Shown one piece after another: positions 9,075-19,094 of a stretch of 64,000 nt of DNA (position 1 is its first letter; every line of letters begins with the position of its first letter). The notes beneath the pieces were generated by a model, which ran no database searches, was not told the DNA's origin, and was given only the letters and a program-made list of their open reading frames with translations. Source of the DNA: an uncultured delta proteobacterium (lineage in GTDB: Bacteria > Myxococcota_A > Polyangia > Fen-1088); NCBI GenBank assembly GCA_963767925.1, contig CAVYGB010000001.1, forward strand, positions 352,001 through 416,000, read 5' to 3'. The translations under genes and the position numbers were made by a program.

Positions 9075-10460
9075 TCACCGGCGCTTGCTGGGAGGCGGAG
9101 CGAGCAGGGTGAGGTCGACGGAGTGGGCCATGGCCTGGTAGCCGAGGCGGTTGGGGTGGATTCCGTCTCCGGCGCCGCCGACGGTGGTGTCGTGGGTCAT
9201 CTCGGGGCGGAGGCGGCCGGTCGCGGGATCCAGGACGGCGCGGTCGAAGTCGAGGACGGCGTCGAACAGGCCGGAGGTGCGGATGAAGCGGTTGAGGGCC
9301 TGGCGGCGGGCGTCTTGCTCGGGGTGGCCGTAGCGGCCTTCTTCGGCGCCGAGGGCGGTGGTCACGGTGGCGCCCAGGACCCGCAGGCCGGGGAGGCGCG
9401 CCTTCATGGCGGACACGCCGGCCTTCAGCGCGGCGGTCACCTCCGCGACCGAAGCGTTGCCCGAGCCGAAGTCGTTGATCCCCTCGAGCCAGATCACGCC
9501 CGCCACTCCGGACAGGGAAAGGACGTCTCGCTCGAGCCGGGCCAGCGCCGAGGGCCCGCCGGACATCGGCTTGCTCGGGGAGTACGCCTTGGGGCCGCTC
9601 ACCTGGTTGCCGCCGATGCCGGCGTTCACCACCGCCACGTTGTCGCCGTAGGCTGCGCGCAGGCGCCGCCCGAGCACGTCGGGCCAGCGATCGTCGCCGT
9701 TCAGGGTGGAGTTGGTGCCGTCGGTGATCGAGTCGCCGAGGGCCACGATGGCGTAGGCCGCGGCCGGCGCTCTCATCTCCAGGGCATCGAGGAAGTACCA
9801 GGAGGTCGTGCTGAAGGGAAAGCCCGCCTCGGCTTCCTGGGCCGCGCGGGAGCCGGCGCCGGGGGCGGTCAGATAAGACGTCTGCAGCGCCTTCGCGTGC
9901 CAGGTCATCGGCCCGCTCTCGGCGGGCACGTGGAAGCTGACCGCCAGCTTTCGACCGGCCAGCGAGGCGGCGCGCCCGCAGGCGAACGGCAGGTCCACGG
10001 GGTCGCTCCAGACCTGGTCGCTGGCCGGGACGGTGACGCGGGTCTTCCCACCAAAGCGGGCAGGGCGGTTGGTCCCCGGCACGACCGCCGAGCCCGCCTC
10101 CTGCAGGCCGACGTGGACGTCCGCGAAGGTCACCGGCTGGCTCCCGAAGGCGTTGCTGAACCGCAGCCGCGCCTGGCAGCCCCAGATCTCCGGCCGCACG
10201 ACGAGACGAAAAGACTGGTCGCGGGCGCCGCTGGCCGGCTTCGGAAGGGCGCGCGTCAGCTCGGGCTGGGCGAGGTCGTTGCCCGACGGATAGGGCCCGT
10301 GCGCCGAGCCGACCCAGCTCACGACCCACTTGGTGCCGCCCGCTGCCGGCGCCGCGGCCGCCCCCGCCGTCGAGAGAGCGGCCAGGAAGACGAAGGACAC
10401 GGCGGCGGCCATCGCCCGCCAGAACAGCATCGGACTCGAGGTGGTCAAGCGAAGCGGCAT
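9075..10460 (-). CDS. secreted SGNH/GDSL hydrolase
   Basis: ALGDSITDG, NAGIGGN, GIND, DGIHPN; signal peptide. Confidence 0.9.
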   Translation of the reverse strand: MPLRLTTSSPMLFWRAMAAAVSFVFLAALSTAGAAAAPAAGGTKWVVSWVGSAHGPYPSGNDLAQPELTRALPKPASGARDQSFRLVVRPEIWGCQARLRFSNAFGSQPVTFADVHVGLQEAGSAVVPGTNRPARFGGKTRVTVPASDQVWSDPVDLPFACGRAASLAGRKLAVSFHVPAESGPMTWHAKALQTSYLTAPGAGSRAAQEAEAGFPFSTTSWYFLDALEMRAPAAAYAIVALGDSITDGTNSTLNGDDRWPDVLGRRLRAAYGDNVAVVNAGIGGNQVSGPKAYSPSKPMSGGPSALARLERDVLSLSGVAGVIWLEGINDFGSGNASVAEVTAALKAGVSAMKARLPGLRVLGATVTTALGAEEGRYGHPEQDARRQALNRFIRTSGLFDAVLDFDRAVLDPATGRLRPEMTHDTTVGGAGDGIHPNRLGYQAMAHSVDLTLLAPPPSKRR

Positions 10461-10539
10461 CGGGCGACTTTGCCCCAGCGCCACCTCGTTGCAAAGCCGT
10501 CCTCGGAAGGGCGCGCCGAGCACGCAGGCGGGGATGCGA

Positions 10540-10887
10540 TCAGGGAAGGGCGGGGTCGGCCGCGTCGCCGGGCGGGGGGACCGGGTTGTCGGGGGCGGGC
10601 GGCGCCTTCTGCCTGGCGAGCTCGCGCAGCGTGGCCAGCGGGACCGACAGGATCACGGCGTCGCGGGCGGCGGCGACCATCTCGATGGGGATCTCGAGGA
10701 GCGCGCTCTGGAAGATGCTGCCGGAGGCGCCAATCTCCCTGGCGATCTCTCTTTTCACGCGGAGGCGGATGGCGGTCACGGTCCAGGAGTCCATGTCGAC
10801 GAGGAGCTCGTCGAGGGTGCCGACCACCTGACCGCCGGCCTCGAGGACCGTCATTCCCTTCAATTGTGCTGTCGACGCGATCGGCAT
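10540..10887 (-). CDS. PRC-barrel domain protein
   Basis: QLKGMTVLEAGGQVVGTLDELLVD...EIPIEMVAAARDAVIL; GGAG RBS. Confidence 0.75.
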   Translation of the reverse strand: MPIASTAQLKGMTVLEAGGQVVGTLDELLVDMDSWTVTAIRLRVKREIAREIGASGSIFQSALLEIPIEMVAAARDAVILSVPLATLRELARQKAPPAPDNPVPPPGDAADPALP

Positions 10888-11173
10888 GGGCTTCTCCGTT
10901 CGGGTACCCGAAGGGGCTCGCTCGGCGCCCCACCCTGGCACCCTGGCGCTCCCCCCGTCCTCGAATATGCGTTCGCGGCGCGCCCGGGAAAGCCCCCGTC
11001 CGGACCGACGCTCCTCCCTCGATCGCAGGGGGGTGACCTGACGTGGGGAGACAACGCCGCTGGCCGGCGCTGCCGGGAGCACCGGCGCGAGATTTCGCCA
11101 ACGTCGGGGGCATTCTGAGGCATGATCGCCCCCGGTCGTCGGGCGTCGGTCGCGAGCTGAAAGGAGTCTCTCC

Positions 11174-11731
11174 ATGGCTTTAGCGAAGCTGGATCTTGCA
11201 GGAGATGGGTTTTTCCACTTGGTGGATCTGCTGGAGCTGGCAAAGGCGGACCTGCCAGAAGAGGTGCCCGCCCCGCTCGACAGCGAGTTCCGGGAGCTTG
11301 CGCGCGCCTACCGCAAGGCAGATCCGGCGCTGCGCCAGCAGGTGCGCGATCAGATCCCGGACGAATACTGGTTGCCGCTGCTCAAGCTGGCCGATCGGTG
11401 CGCCGAGTGGGCCCTGGCCGACCGGGACCCCGCCCACATCGAGGACGGGCTGACCGCCTATTGCCTCGAAGACTTTCGCTTCGACGCGCACGAGAACCTC
11501 GTCCACCTCAGCCTGCTCTGGTACGCCGGCAAGACCCTGCACGCCGACTCGGCCATGCTGTTCAACCAGATCGGTCGCTACGGCTCGGCGCAGGGGCTGC
11601 AGGCGCTGAGCGCCTTCTCGGCGCGGCCCGACGAGGCGAAGTCTCCCTGGAGCATGGGGCTCGAGACCTACGAGAAAGCCGGCCACACCCGCTTCCGACC
11701 CCGGCGCCCCAAGGCGACAAAGACCGCGTAA
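11174..11731 (+). CDS. hypothetical protein
   Basis: AAGGAG RBS, typical codon usage, helical composition. Confidence 0.7.
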   Translation: MALAKLDLAGDGFFHLVDLLELAKADLPEEVPAPLDSEFRELARAYRKADPALRQQVRDQIPDEYWLPLLKLADRCAEWALADRDPAHIEDGLTAYCLEDFRFDAHENLVHLSLLWYAGKTLHADSAMLFNQIGRYGSAQGLQALSAFSARPDEAKSPWSMGLETYEKAGHTRFRPRRPKATKTA

Positions 11732-11739
11732 CAGTCCGT

Positions 11740-12660
11740 TCAGGACGGGCGAGTCACGTCGCAGGAGGGGACGGCGCGGTCGTTGATCCGGTAGGGGTCG
11801 TAGCGGGCGTCGCGGAACAGGTCCAGGATGGAGGCGGCCAGGCGCGGGTGGGTGGGCTCCAGGAACCGCAGGGTGGCGAGGCGGCCCTCCTGGTCCAGGC
11901 ACAGCCGCACCGGCGGGCGGGCGCCCTGCAGCCCGGCTCCGAACTCCACGGGGGTGCGGAGCGGATCGGCCTTCTCGAGGCGCGCCTTCTCGAGCACCGG
12001 GGGCGGACGGCTCGGCCGCGCGGCCAGCGCGGCGGCGTCGGAGCGTCGCCGCGCGATCGGCACGGCCTCGACCTGCGGCAGGATCTCCAGCGAGGGCGCC
12101 CCGCCGTCCGCGCCCGGGACCTCGGCGATCTCGAGCGTGATGATCGCCTCGGGCTCGAAGGGCACCTCGTAGCGGCGCTCGATGCGCAGCAGAGGCCCCG
12201 GGCGGCCGTCTTCGAAGCGGATGGCCTCCACCTCGACCAGCACCGGCTGCGGGGTGGTCGCTCCGGAACCGGCGGTGGGCATCAACCGCGCGCCGATCGA
12301 AGCTGACACCCAGTAGAGCCGCACGGCCGGTGACAGCCGCGCGCGGTAGGCCACATTGAGCACGCGCCGCCCCACCGTCAGCCCCTGCGCGTCCCCATCC
12401 GGCGCCGGGATCGGCCCGCTCCCCCGGGCACCCGGCGAAACCCGCCCCGGGGCCCGCACCGCCGCCGCCGCCTCGCCCCGGAGCGCCGGGCAGGCCAGCG
12501 CCACCTCCTGCCAGCGCTCAGCGGCGCGCGCCGTATCCCCGGAGCCGGCGGCCGCGCGGGCCGCCTCCACCCGCTCCGCGCAGCACCCCGCATCGTTCGA
12601 TCGACACACGACCGCCGCCATCCGCGCCTGCAGGTACGTGGGCCGGCCATGGCGGTGGCA
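11740..12660 (-). pseudogene. probable lipoprotein lacking its 5' end; TonB-C-like C terminus
   Basis: Open frame ...WACHRHGRPTYLQARMAAVVC...VRLCLDQEGRL...ARYDPYRINDRAVPSC; no proper start, overlapped by the AraC fragment. Confidence 0.45.
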
Positions 12661-12886
12661 GGCCCAGGGTGCCGCGGCCGTAGCGACGTGTGCCCTCGCG
12701 CCACAACGCGGCGAGCTCGGCCGCCGGCACCAGGGTCTCGCGCCTGTCGAGGTCGGTGCGGGACAGCCCCACCGCCCCGCACAGCGCCGCGACGTCGAGG
12801 CCCGCGGCGCCCATGCCCTCGAGGACCGCCAGCACCGACGCCGGCGATGAGCCGGTCCCGTCGCCGCGATCGAGCTCGGCCTCCAT
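12657..12886 (-). pseudogene. AraC-family regulator N-terminal (ligand-binding) fragment
   Basis: MEAEL...GLDVAALCGAVGLSRTDLDRRETLVPAAELAALWREG...TLGL; similarity stops there and there is no HTH. Confidence 0.6.
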
Positions 12887-13030
12887 GTCGCCAGAGTGGC
12901 CTCGCGGTTGGCCGGGATCAACCCCCCGCCTGCGGCGCCTGGCGGGATCTGCCAAGACGTTGGCGCCCGGGGACCATGTCCCGACGCGCGCGTGGCGGTA
13001 CCAGTGAGGGGACCAGAAGGAGGTCCTTCA

Positions 13031-13501
13031 TTGGAAAAGATCGCAACCGTCGTCCTGTGGCTCCTCGTCGTCGCGTCCGGCATCCTGGTGGGCGGGTCCA
13101 TCTACGAGACCGTCGTCGTCAACCCGCTGTGGGCCGGCGCCCCACCCGCGTCCGTGACGGCCTGGCCCTACGTGTCCATCCAGCGGAAGTTCTTCATGGT
13201 GGCGACGCCCGGGTGGGCCCTGCTCGCCCTCGTGACCTTCGCGCTCTCCTTCTCGATGCCCGGACCGGCGCCCTTCTGGGCCCGAGCCGCCGGCGTCATC
13301 GGCGTGGGCGTGATGATCTGGACGACGGTGTTCTTCATTCCCCGGGTGACGAAGACCGAGGGCAACCGCGGCGCCGGCCTCACCGGCGAGGAGATCACGC
13401 GCTTCACCCTGCAGTTCGTGCACTGGGGATACCTCCGCACCGCCCTCGCGTTCGGAGGCTGGCTCGCCGCCATCCGCGCCCTCATCCTCACATCGCGCTG
13501 A
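13031..13501 (+). CDS. DUF1772/anthrone oxygenase-like membrane protein
   Basis: TTG start after AAGGAGG; four TM segments; GGSIYETVVVNPLW. Confidence 0.7.
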   Translation: MEKIATVVLWLLVVASGILVGGSIYETVVVNPLWAGAPPASVTAWPYVSIQRKFFMVATPGWALLALVTFALSFSMPGPAPFWARAAGVIGVGVMIWTTVFFIPRVTKTEGNRGAGLTGEEITRFTLQFVHWGYLRTALAFGGWLAAIRALILTSR

Positions 13502-13641
13502 GGCGCCCGCGGTCGACCGCTGACGGCGCCAGGGCACCGGAGTGTGTGACACAATGAAACAGGCGCCGATCTCGACGTCGGCTCCGAGTCGGCTCCGAGT
13601 CCGCGGGTACAGGTGGGCAGCGTTCACGGGGGGGAGGGTTC

Positions 13642-15414
13642 ATGACCGGTTCCGGCGTTCGCCAGTCGGCAGGTGCGGCGGCCACGCTCGTCGTCGCAGG
13701 CGTCCTCCTCCTCCCGAGCTGTTCCGCTGGCGGCGAGAAGGTTCCGGATCCCGGGCCCGCGGTGCGGGCGGTGATGGACAAGGCGGGGGACGTGGCGGCC
13801 ACGTTTCCGGTGCGGGCCTACGCGGGCAGCATCCAGGGGGCGCGGGGGGCCGTGCCGCTGTATTTTCCCGAGTGGACCACGCTGGCCCAGGGGGGAGCCG
13901 AGGCCCGGGCCGCGATGCTGGCGGCGTTCACCGGCAAGGCCAGCTACCCGTCCGACCTCCGCCTGGCGCTCTATGCCTACGCGCTGGACGGCCAGCTCGA
14001 CGCAGCAGGCGCGGCCCGGCTGCGCGGCTTTCTCACCGACAACCTGACCAGCGATCTGGACTGGACGCCTCACTTCATCACCCACGCCTTGCGCCGGGCG
14101 CCGGGGGCGTCGGGGCCGGGCGAGCCGGGCTGGTACAGCGGCCTTGAGATCACGGCGGCCGCGGCCGGCCCGTCCAGCGCGAGCGCGCGGACCGCGCCGG
14201 GCGATCGGGGGTCGCTGGCCCAGACCGAGGTCCCCCCGCGCTGCAAGAAGCGCTGGCTGCTGGTGGGGGCGGACGGCAAGCCGCTGACCTACGTCGATCC
14301 CGGCGACGGCAGGACCAAACCGGTCGCCATCGAGGGGGACGAACACGCCAGCCCGACGGTGCCCAGCGATCTGGCGGCCCACTGGCGCAGCGAGGTGTCC
14401 AGAGGAGGGGGCATGTACGTGAACGACGACCCCGAGTTCGTCGGCATGCCGTCCAAGCAGTTCAACTGCGGGGGCTACGCCTTTCGCGAGCTGAACGGCG
14501 GCAAGCGCTGGACCCTCGACCCGCACCAGGCCCACGCCACGCTGGTGGCGGCCGGCATCCTGGAAGAGATCCCCGCCGCCATGGCCCGGCCGGGCGACAA
14601 GGTCTTCTTCATGGGGGTCGAGGAGCCCGACAAGGTCGCGCACGTGGCCGAGGTGAAGAGCGTGGGCGGCCTGCTCAGCACCAGCATCACCCTGCGCAAC
14701 GCCGACCAGGCCAGCGGCCTGTGGGAGACCGACCTCGCATCGAAGTATTACACCGGCGCCTTCCTGGGGCTGGGCACCAAGGCCCACTACGCGGGACACA
14801 AGATCTACCGGTACAAGGCGGGCGCGCCGCCCAGGGTCATCGTCGATCCCGCCTCGCTGACCAACCCGGCCTATTGCGGGGGCAAGCAGGTGCCCGGGCA
14901 GGGCACCCTCGAGGTCACCATCGACGTGCCCAGCCGGCTGCTCTCGTTTCGGCCGACCACGTCCTTCGCCACCCGGGAGACCGACTGCCCGGTGGCGGTC
15001 ACCATGGTCGCCTGCAAGATCGCCGCGATCCAGGGCATCGAGACCGACCTGGCGGGGGCCCTGCAGGAAGCGTTCGAGCTCGCCTTCGACGCGACCTCGA
15101 TCCGCGGTCCGGGCAGCTACGCCGTGGGCGACGCCGCCGGCTGGAACAAGCACGACGGGTCGGTGCCGGTCGTGATCAACTTCCTGTCGAAGGACTTCAA
15201 GGACGCCGACGGCATCGAGCCCTTCTTCTGGTCCAGGTCGGGCACCGTCGACCTGACCACCTGGAACCCGGCCGCCGGGGGGCGGATGGCGGGCACCTTC
15301 CAGGCCAGCGTGGCGGTCTCCTTCTGGGCCACCGGCAAGGCCGCCAACGGCGACAGCATCATCGAGGAGCTGACCGGCACCATCAGGGGCTCGTTCGATC
15401 TGCCGGTGCCGTAG
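13642..15414 (+). CDS. hypothetical lipoprotein with possible papain-like Cys-His domain
   Basis: Lipobox LPSC; FNCGGYAF ... PGDKVFF ... AHVAEV. Confidence 0.6.
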   Translation: MTGSGVRQSAGAAATLVVAGVLLLPSCSAGGEKVPDPGPAVRAVMDKAGDVAATFPVRAYAGSIQGARGAVPLYFPEWTTLAQGGAEARAAMLAAFTGKASYPSDLRLALYAYALDGQLDAAGAARLRGFLTDNLTSDLDWTPHFITHALRRAPGASGPGEPGWYSGLEITAAAAGPSSASARTAPGDRGSLAQTEVPPRCKKRWLLVGADGKPLTYVDPGDGRTKPVAIEGDEHASPTVPSDLAAHWRSEVSRGGGMYVNDDPEFVGMPSKQFNCGGYAFRELNGGKRWTLDPHQAHATLVAAGILEEIPAAMARPGDKVFFMGVEEPDKVAHVAEVKSVGGLLSTSITLRNADQASGLWETDLASKYYTGAFLGLGTKAHYAGHKIYRYKAGAPPRVIVDPASLTNPAYCGGKQVPGQGTLEVTIDVPSRLLSFRPTTSFATRETDCPVAVTMVACKIAAIQGIETDLAGALQEAFELAFDATSIRGPGSYAVGDAAGWNKHDGSVPVVINFLSKDFKDADGIEPFFWSRSGTVDLTTWNPAAGGRMAGTFQASVAVSFWATGKAANGDSIIEELTGTIRGSFDLPVP

Positions 15415-15523
15415 CCTCGCTCCTTGCTGCGCTGTCGGGGGGCGGGCCCAGCCCGACCCGTGCAGGTGGCAGGCGCGTTCACCGGGTACTCACTTTCATC
15501 CGGATTTGGCATAGTGGAGAGGC

Positions 15524-15964
15524 ATGCCCCCACTGACGGGACTACGAGTAGTTCGTTCGAGCATTCACGGCTACGGCGTGATCAGCACGCGGCCCTTCGC
15601 CGCGGGCGAGATGATCATCGAGGTCGACGGCGTGGCCCAGCGCCTCGAAGAGATCGTCGATGACGAGTACTGCCTGTGGATCACCGACGAGCTCTACTTC
15701 GACATGGTCGACCAGACCCGCTGGATCAATCACTCTTGCACCCCCAACGCCGAGGTCGACACCGAGGTCGACGAGCAGGGCAACGTCAGCGCCTGCATAA
15801 CCGCCGCGCGCGACATCGACGTCGGTGAAGAGATCACCTACGACTACGATTTCCCCACCCAGTTCGCCATTCCCTGCCACTGCTCCTCGCCCGAATGCCG
15901 CGGCCTGATCATCAACGCTGACTTGCTGTCGCCGGCGCGCCGCCAGGCGAATCGCAACGGCTGA
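15524..15964 (+). CDS. SET domain protein (with post-SET)
   Basis: SSIHGYGV, RWINHSCTPN, EEITYDY, CHCSSPECRG. Confidence 0.92.
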   Translation: MPPLTGLRVVRSSIHGYGVISTRPFAAGEMIIEVDGVAQRLEEIVDDEYCLWITDELYFDMVDQTRWINHSCTPNAEVDTEVDEQGNVSACITAARDIDVGEEITYDYDFPTQFAIPCHCSSPECRGLIINADLLSPARRQANRNG

Positions 15965-15978
15965 CCTAGCCGGGAGCT

Positions 15979-16053
15979 TAGCCGCTCGCGCCGGGGTCGC
16001 CGGGCGAGCGTCCCGCTAGCCGCCCGCGCCGGGGTCGCCGGGCGAGCGTCCCG
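15979..16053. repeat. tandem 38-bp repeat x2
   Basis: tagccgctcgcgccggggtcgccgggcgagcgtcccg repeated with one mismatch; a nearby 18-bp tandem pair lies at ~16096-16129. Confidence 0.8.
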
Positions 16054-16167
16054 TCCCCCTTGCAGGATCGCCTGGCGTCGCTGCCAGCGTGAAAGCCCGT
16101 AGGGCACCCGCGGCCCGTAGGGCACCCGCCCGCCCATACCCAGGCCAGATGGGCGAGATCCGCCCGC

Positions 16168-16196
16168 TTGACAATCAATAAGTAATTACTTATGTA
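16168..16196 (+). promoter_or_regulatory. sigma70-type promoter with perfect palindromic ArsR operator
   Basis: TTGACA at 16168; ATAAGTAATTACTTAT (16178-16193) is a perfect 16-bp palindrome over the spacer/-10 region. Confidence 0.8.
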
Positions 16197-16202
16197 TTGA
16201 TC

Positions 16203-16532
16203 ATGCAGAGCGCGGCCGCGGCCGAAGACCGGATCTTCCAGGCGCTGGCTGACCCCAGCCGCCGGGCGATCTTCGAGTCGCTAACGCGCGGCGAGGCGGC
16301 GGTGAAGGACCTCACGGGCCGCTTCGACATCTCGCAGCCGGCCGTCTCGCAGCACCTCGCCACCTTGAAGGAAGCCGGCCTGGTGAACGGCCGGCGCGAG
16401 GGGCGCTGTGTCTATTACCGGGTGGAGCCGCGCGGGATGAAGCCGCTCATCGATTGGATCGCCCACTACCGCGCCTTCTGGACCGAACACGTCGATCGCC
16501 TCGAGCAGCTCCTGGAGAAGATGGACAAATGA
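16203..16532 (+). CDS. ArsR/SmtB family transcriptional regulator
   Basis: IFQALADPSRRAI, ISQPAVSQHLATLKEAGLV, RREGR..YYR. Confidence 0.92.
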   Translation: MQSAAAAEDRIFQALADPSRRAIFESLTRGEAAVKDLTGRFDISQPAVSQHLATLKEAGLVNGRREGRCVYYRVEPRGMKPLIDWIAHYRAFWTEHVDRLEQLLEKMDK

Positions 16533-16719
16533 CTCTGCTCGGCGATCGCGGCCACCCACCCGCTTCAGCAGCCGGGGCCCCACCGCCGGCGGCCACCAGA
16601 AGACCGCCCGGGCAGGGGGTGCCGCCCGCCGACCGGACCGTCGAAATTTTCACCAAGCCGTCCGCTTGGACGAACGGCCGCGTCGCCTGCGGCCATGCCC
16701 CAACCAAGGAGCCAGCACC

Positions 16720-17094
16720 ATGAACGTTCTCTTGTGGGTCCTCCAGGTCGCGCTCGCCCTGCTCTACATCGCGGGCGGAGCGTACAAGTTGACCAGCTTC
16801 GACCAGCTCGCGAGCCAGATGACCACGCTCCCACCCGGCGGGTGGCGCGCGCTCGGCGTGATCGAGATCCTGGGCGGGATCCTGCTGATCGTCCCGGCCG
16901 CCACCAGGTGGATGCCGTTCCTCACCCCCGCCGCCGCCGTCGTGCTCGCCGTGGAAACCCTGGCCCTCGCCGCCCTCTACGCGAGCTATTCGCTCAAGCT
17001 GACCGGCACCAACCCCCTGATCTGGGCCGCCGTGATGGCCCTCCTGGTCGCCTTCGTCGCCTACGGTCGCTACGCGATCCGCCCGCCCGCCTGA
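16720..17094 (+). CDS. DoxX family membrane protein
   Basis: MNVLLWVLQVALALLYIAGGAYKL...GVIEILGGILLIVP; AAGGAG RBS. Confidence 0.85.
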   Translation: MNVLLWVLQVALALLYIAGGAYKLTSFDQLASQMTTLPPGGWRALGVIEILGGILLIVPAATRWMPFLTPAAAVVLAVETLALAALYASYSLKLTGTNPLIWAAVMALLVAFVAYGRYAIRPPA

Positions 17095-17142
17095 CCACCC
17101 AGGTGCGCCCGCCAACCTCCGGAGCCGGTGGCTCGTCGAGCT

Positions 17143-18564
17143 CTAGCGCGCTGGCGTCGGGGCTGGCGCGCGCAGGGACTCGACCTGCCGGCGCGCTTCG
17201 GCCTCGCGGTCCTTGCGATCTTCGCCCGGGGGCGCGTAGCGATTCGCCTTCACGTAGGCCTCGAGGGCAGCCTCCCAGCGACCGAGTCGGCGATGGGCGC
17301 CGGCGGCCGTTCGGTAGTAGTCGAAGCGAGCGTCGCTGCCCGCGATCGAGGCCCAGCAGAGCAGCTCCGCCAGCGCCACGCTGAGGATCGCCACCCGCGC
17401 CGCCTCGAACCGCCGCTGCCGGACGGCGGTCACGGTGACGAGCAAGATCCCCCCGCCCGCCACCTCCCCGGCGGCGAGCGCACCCGGGAGATCGACGATC
17501 AGCCCGAGCCCGGCCAATCCGGCCGCCCCCAGAACGGCCAGCGCAATCGTCGGCAAGCGCCGGTCGCCAAGACCGGCAGACCGGCGTTGCCAGCGGGCCG
17601 CGGCCCAGCGGGAGGGGGCGGTGAGCGTGCGCCCGAGCGCCTCGAGGGTCGGGGCAGGCAAGAAGAAGACCAGCGCGATCCAGATCATGTAGTAGCTGAA
17701 CCAGCCAATGCCCAGCGAGAGGCCCTCGGTGCCCAGGTGAAAACCGAGCGGTGCGAACATCGCCAGGGTCAACGCGACCCGGGTCCAGCGCCCGCGCAGG
17801 CGATCCCGCTGGGTGGCCAGAACGTAGCCCAGGCAGGTCACGATCTGCGCCGCGATGGCGCCGGCCCCGAGTATCGCCCAGAACTGGCTCGCGCTTCCTC
17901 CCGCCCCCAACCAGCCCCGCTCCCATTGCGGGAAAAAGTCCGCGCCCGCGAGCGCCCGCAGCGGATTGCCGGCCCGCCAGGCCGGGCTGAGCTTGGTGAC
18001 CGCCGTGAAAAGATAGACAATCGCGCAGCTCAGACCGAAGAGGACATGGGCCCATGCCGCTGGAGCGGGGTGGTCGCGGCGGGCGGCCCCCTCGAGCAGG
18101 CGGCCGGGCCTGCGGCGGTTCGGCTGAGCGCCCGGTGGCCCGAACACCTCGGTGGCGGTCCGGTGCGGGGCGAAGATGAGGGCAAACAGCAGCAGCGAGA
18201 GCAGATAGTGGTGCTGGTAGCTGTCGAGCATGCTCATCAGCCAGGCGTAGGTGTAGGCGACCAGCAAGACGGCCAGGCCGAGCCGCGATGGGCGGCTCAG
18301 GGCCATGGACAGGGCGAGCAGTCCGGCGCCGAGCACGAGCGTGACGTAGAGCGCGGGGCTCGGCGCCGGCTGGATCGCGTCCAGCCAGGCGAAGTGGGCG
18401 ACGTTGAAACCGCTGACGTAATAAGCGCCGCGGGGCACGAGGCCGAGCCAGCAGTCGAAGGAGAGCAGGAAGAGCAGGCCACGGGTCAGCAGGTAGGGCC
18501 GCGCCGGCGCCACGGGCGTGAAGAAGAAGCCGTAGAGCGCCTGCACCACCCGGCCTCCGCTCAT
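17143..18564 (-). CDS. HTTM-domain (VKGC/SdpB-like) membrane protein
   Basis: DSYQHHYLL, IVYLFTAVTKLSPAWRAG, GFHLG, IGWFSYYM; TPR-like tail. Confidence 0.8.
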   Translation of the reverse strand: MSGGRVVQALYGFFFTPVAPARPYLLTRGLLFLLSFDCWLGLVPRGAYYVSGFNVAHFAWLDAIQPAPSPALYVTLVLGAGLLALSMALSRPSRLGLAVLLVAYTYAWLMSMLDSYQHHYLLSLLLFALIFAPHRTATEVFGPPGAQPNRRRPGRLLEGAARRDHPAPAAWAHVLFGLSCAIVYLFTAVTKLSPAWRAGNPLRALAGADFFPQWERGWLGAGGSASQFWAILGAGAIAAQIVTCLGYVLATQRDRLRGRWTRVALTLAMFAPLGFHLGTEGLSLGIGWFSYYMIWIALVFFLPAPTLEALGRTLTAPSRWAAARWQRRSAGLGDRRLPTIALAVLGAAGLAGLGLIVDLPGALAAGEVAGGGILLVTVTAVRQRRFEAARVAILSVALAELLCWASIAGSDARFDYYRTAAGAHRRLGRWEAALEAYVKANRYAPPGEDRKDREAEARRQVESLRAPAPTPAR

Positions 18565-19094
18565 CGCGCGGTCGCCCGGCTGGTCGTGGCGCCTGCAGCA
18601 TCACCGGCGGTCTCGTCGGCGCCTGGCTGGGTGGGCTCCCGGACCGCCCCGCTGGCGCAGTCGATTGCATACTGCCGGGGCGGCAGCGGCGTGCGATCCG
18701 CGGCGACGCACCGGTTGACCAGCCTGACCTCGGACACACCCGCCTGTTCACAGCGCCACTCGAGAAAGCGACGGACGACGGGCCTCCGGTTGCGCTCGAG
18801 CTGGCTGACCCAGGCCTGGTGGACGGTCTCGTCGAGCGCAAGCAGCCGGGCGCGCTTGTGGCCTCCGGCGGTCACGACTTCGACCGCCCTGCTGCGGCAG
18901 TCGTGCATCCGCTCGGCAGAGAACATCCGCCAGGCGAAGCGCTCGTCGTACCGATCATCGCCGAGGTAGTAGGTCAGCGGCACGACGAGCTGGATCACGA
19001 GCACAGCGAGGGCGAACGCCAGCACCCGCCGTCGGCCCCGGGGGAAGTCGAGGAAAGATGGGGCCGCTGCACTCCTGTCGGTCGTTTCTGCCAT
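18561..19094 (-). CDS. membrane-anchored partner of the HTTM protein (SdpA/DUF5819-like)
   Basis: One TM segment, DERFAWRMFS motif, three Cys; ATGA overlap with the HTTM gene. Confidence 0.6.
   Translation of the reverse strand: MAETTDRSAAAPSFLDFPRGRRRVLAFALAVLVIQLVVPLTYYLGDDRYDERFAWRMFSAERMHDCRSRAVEVVTAGGHKRARLLALDETVHQAWVSQLERNRRPVVRRFLEWRCEQAGVSEVRLVNRCVAADRTPLPPRQYAIDCASGAVREPTQPGADETAGDAAGATTSRATAR

Noticed and set aside
15979..16130. Short repeats as a CRISPR array
   Set aside because: Only two tandem copies each, no spacers, and no cas genes in the window
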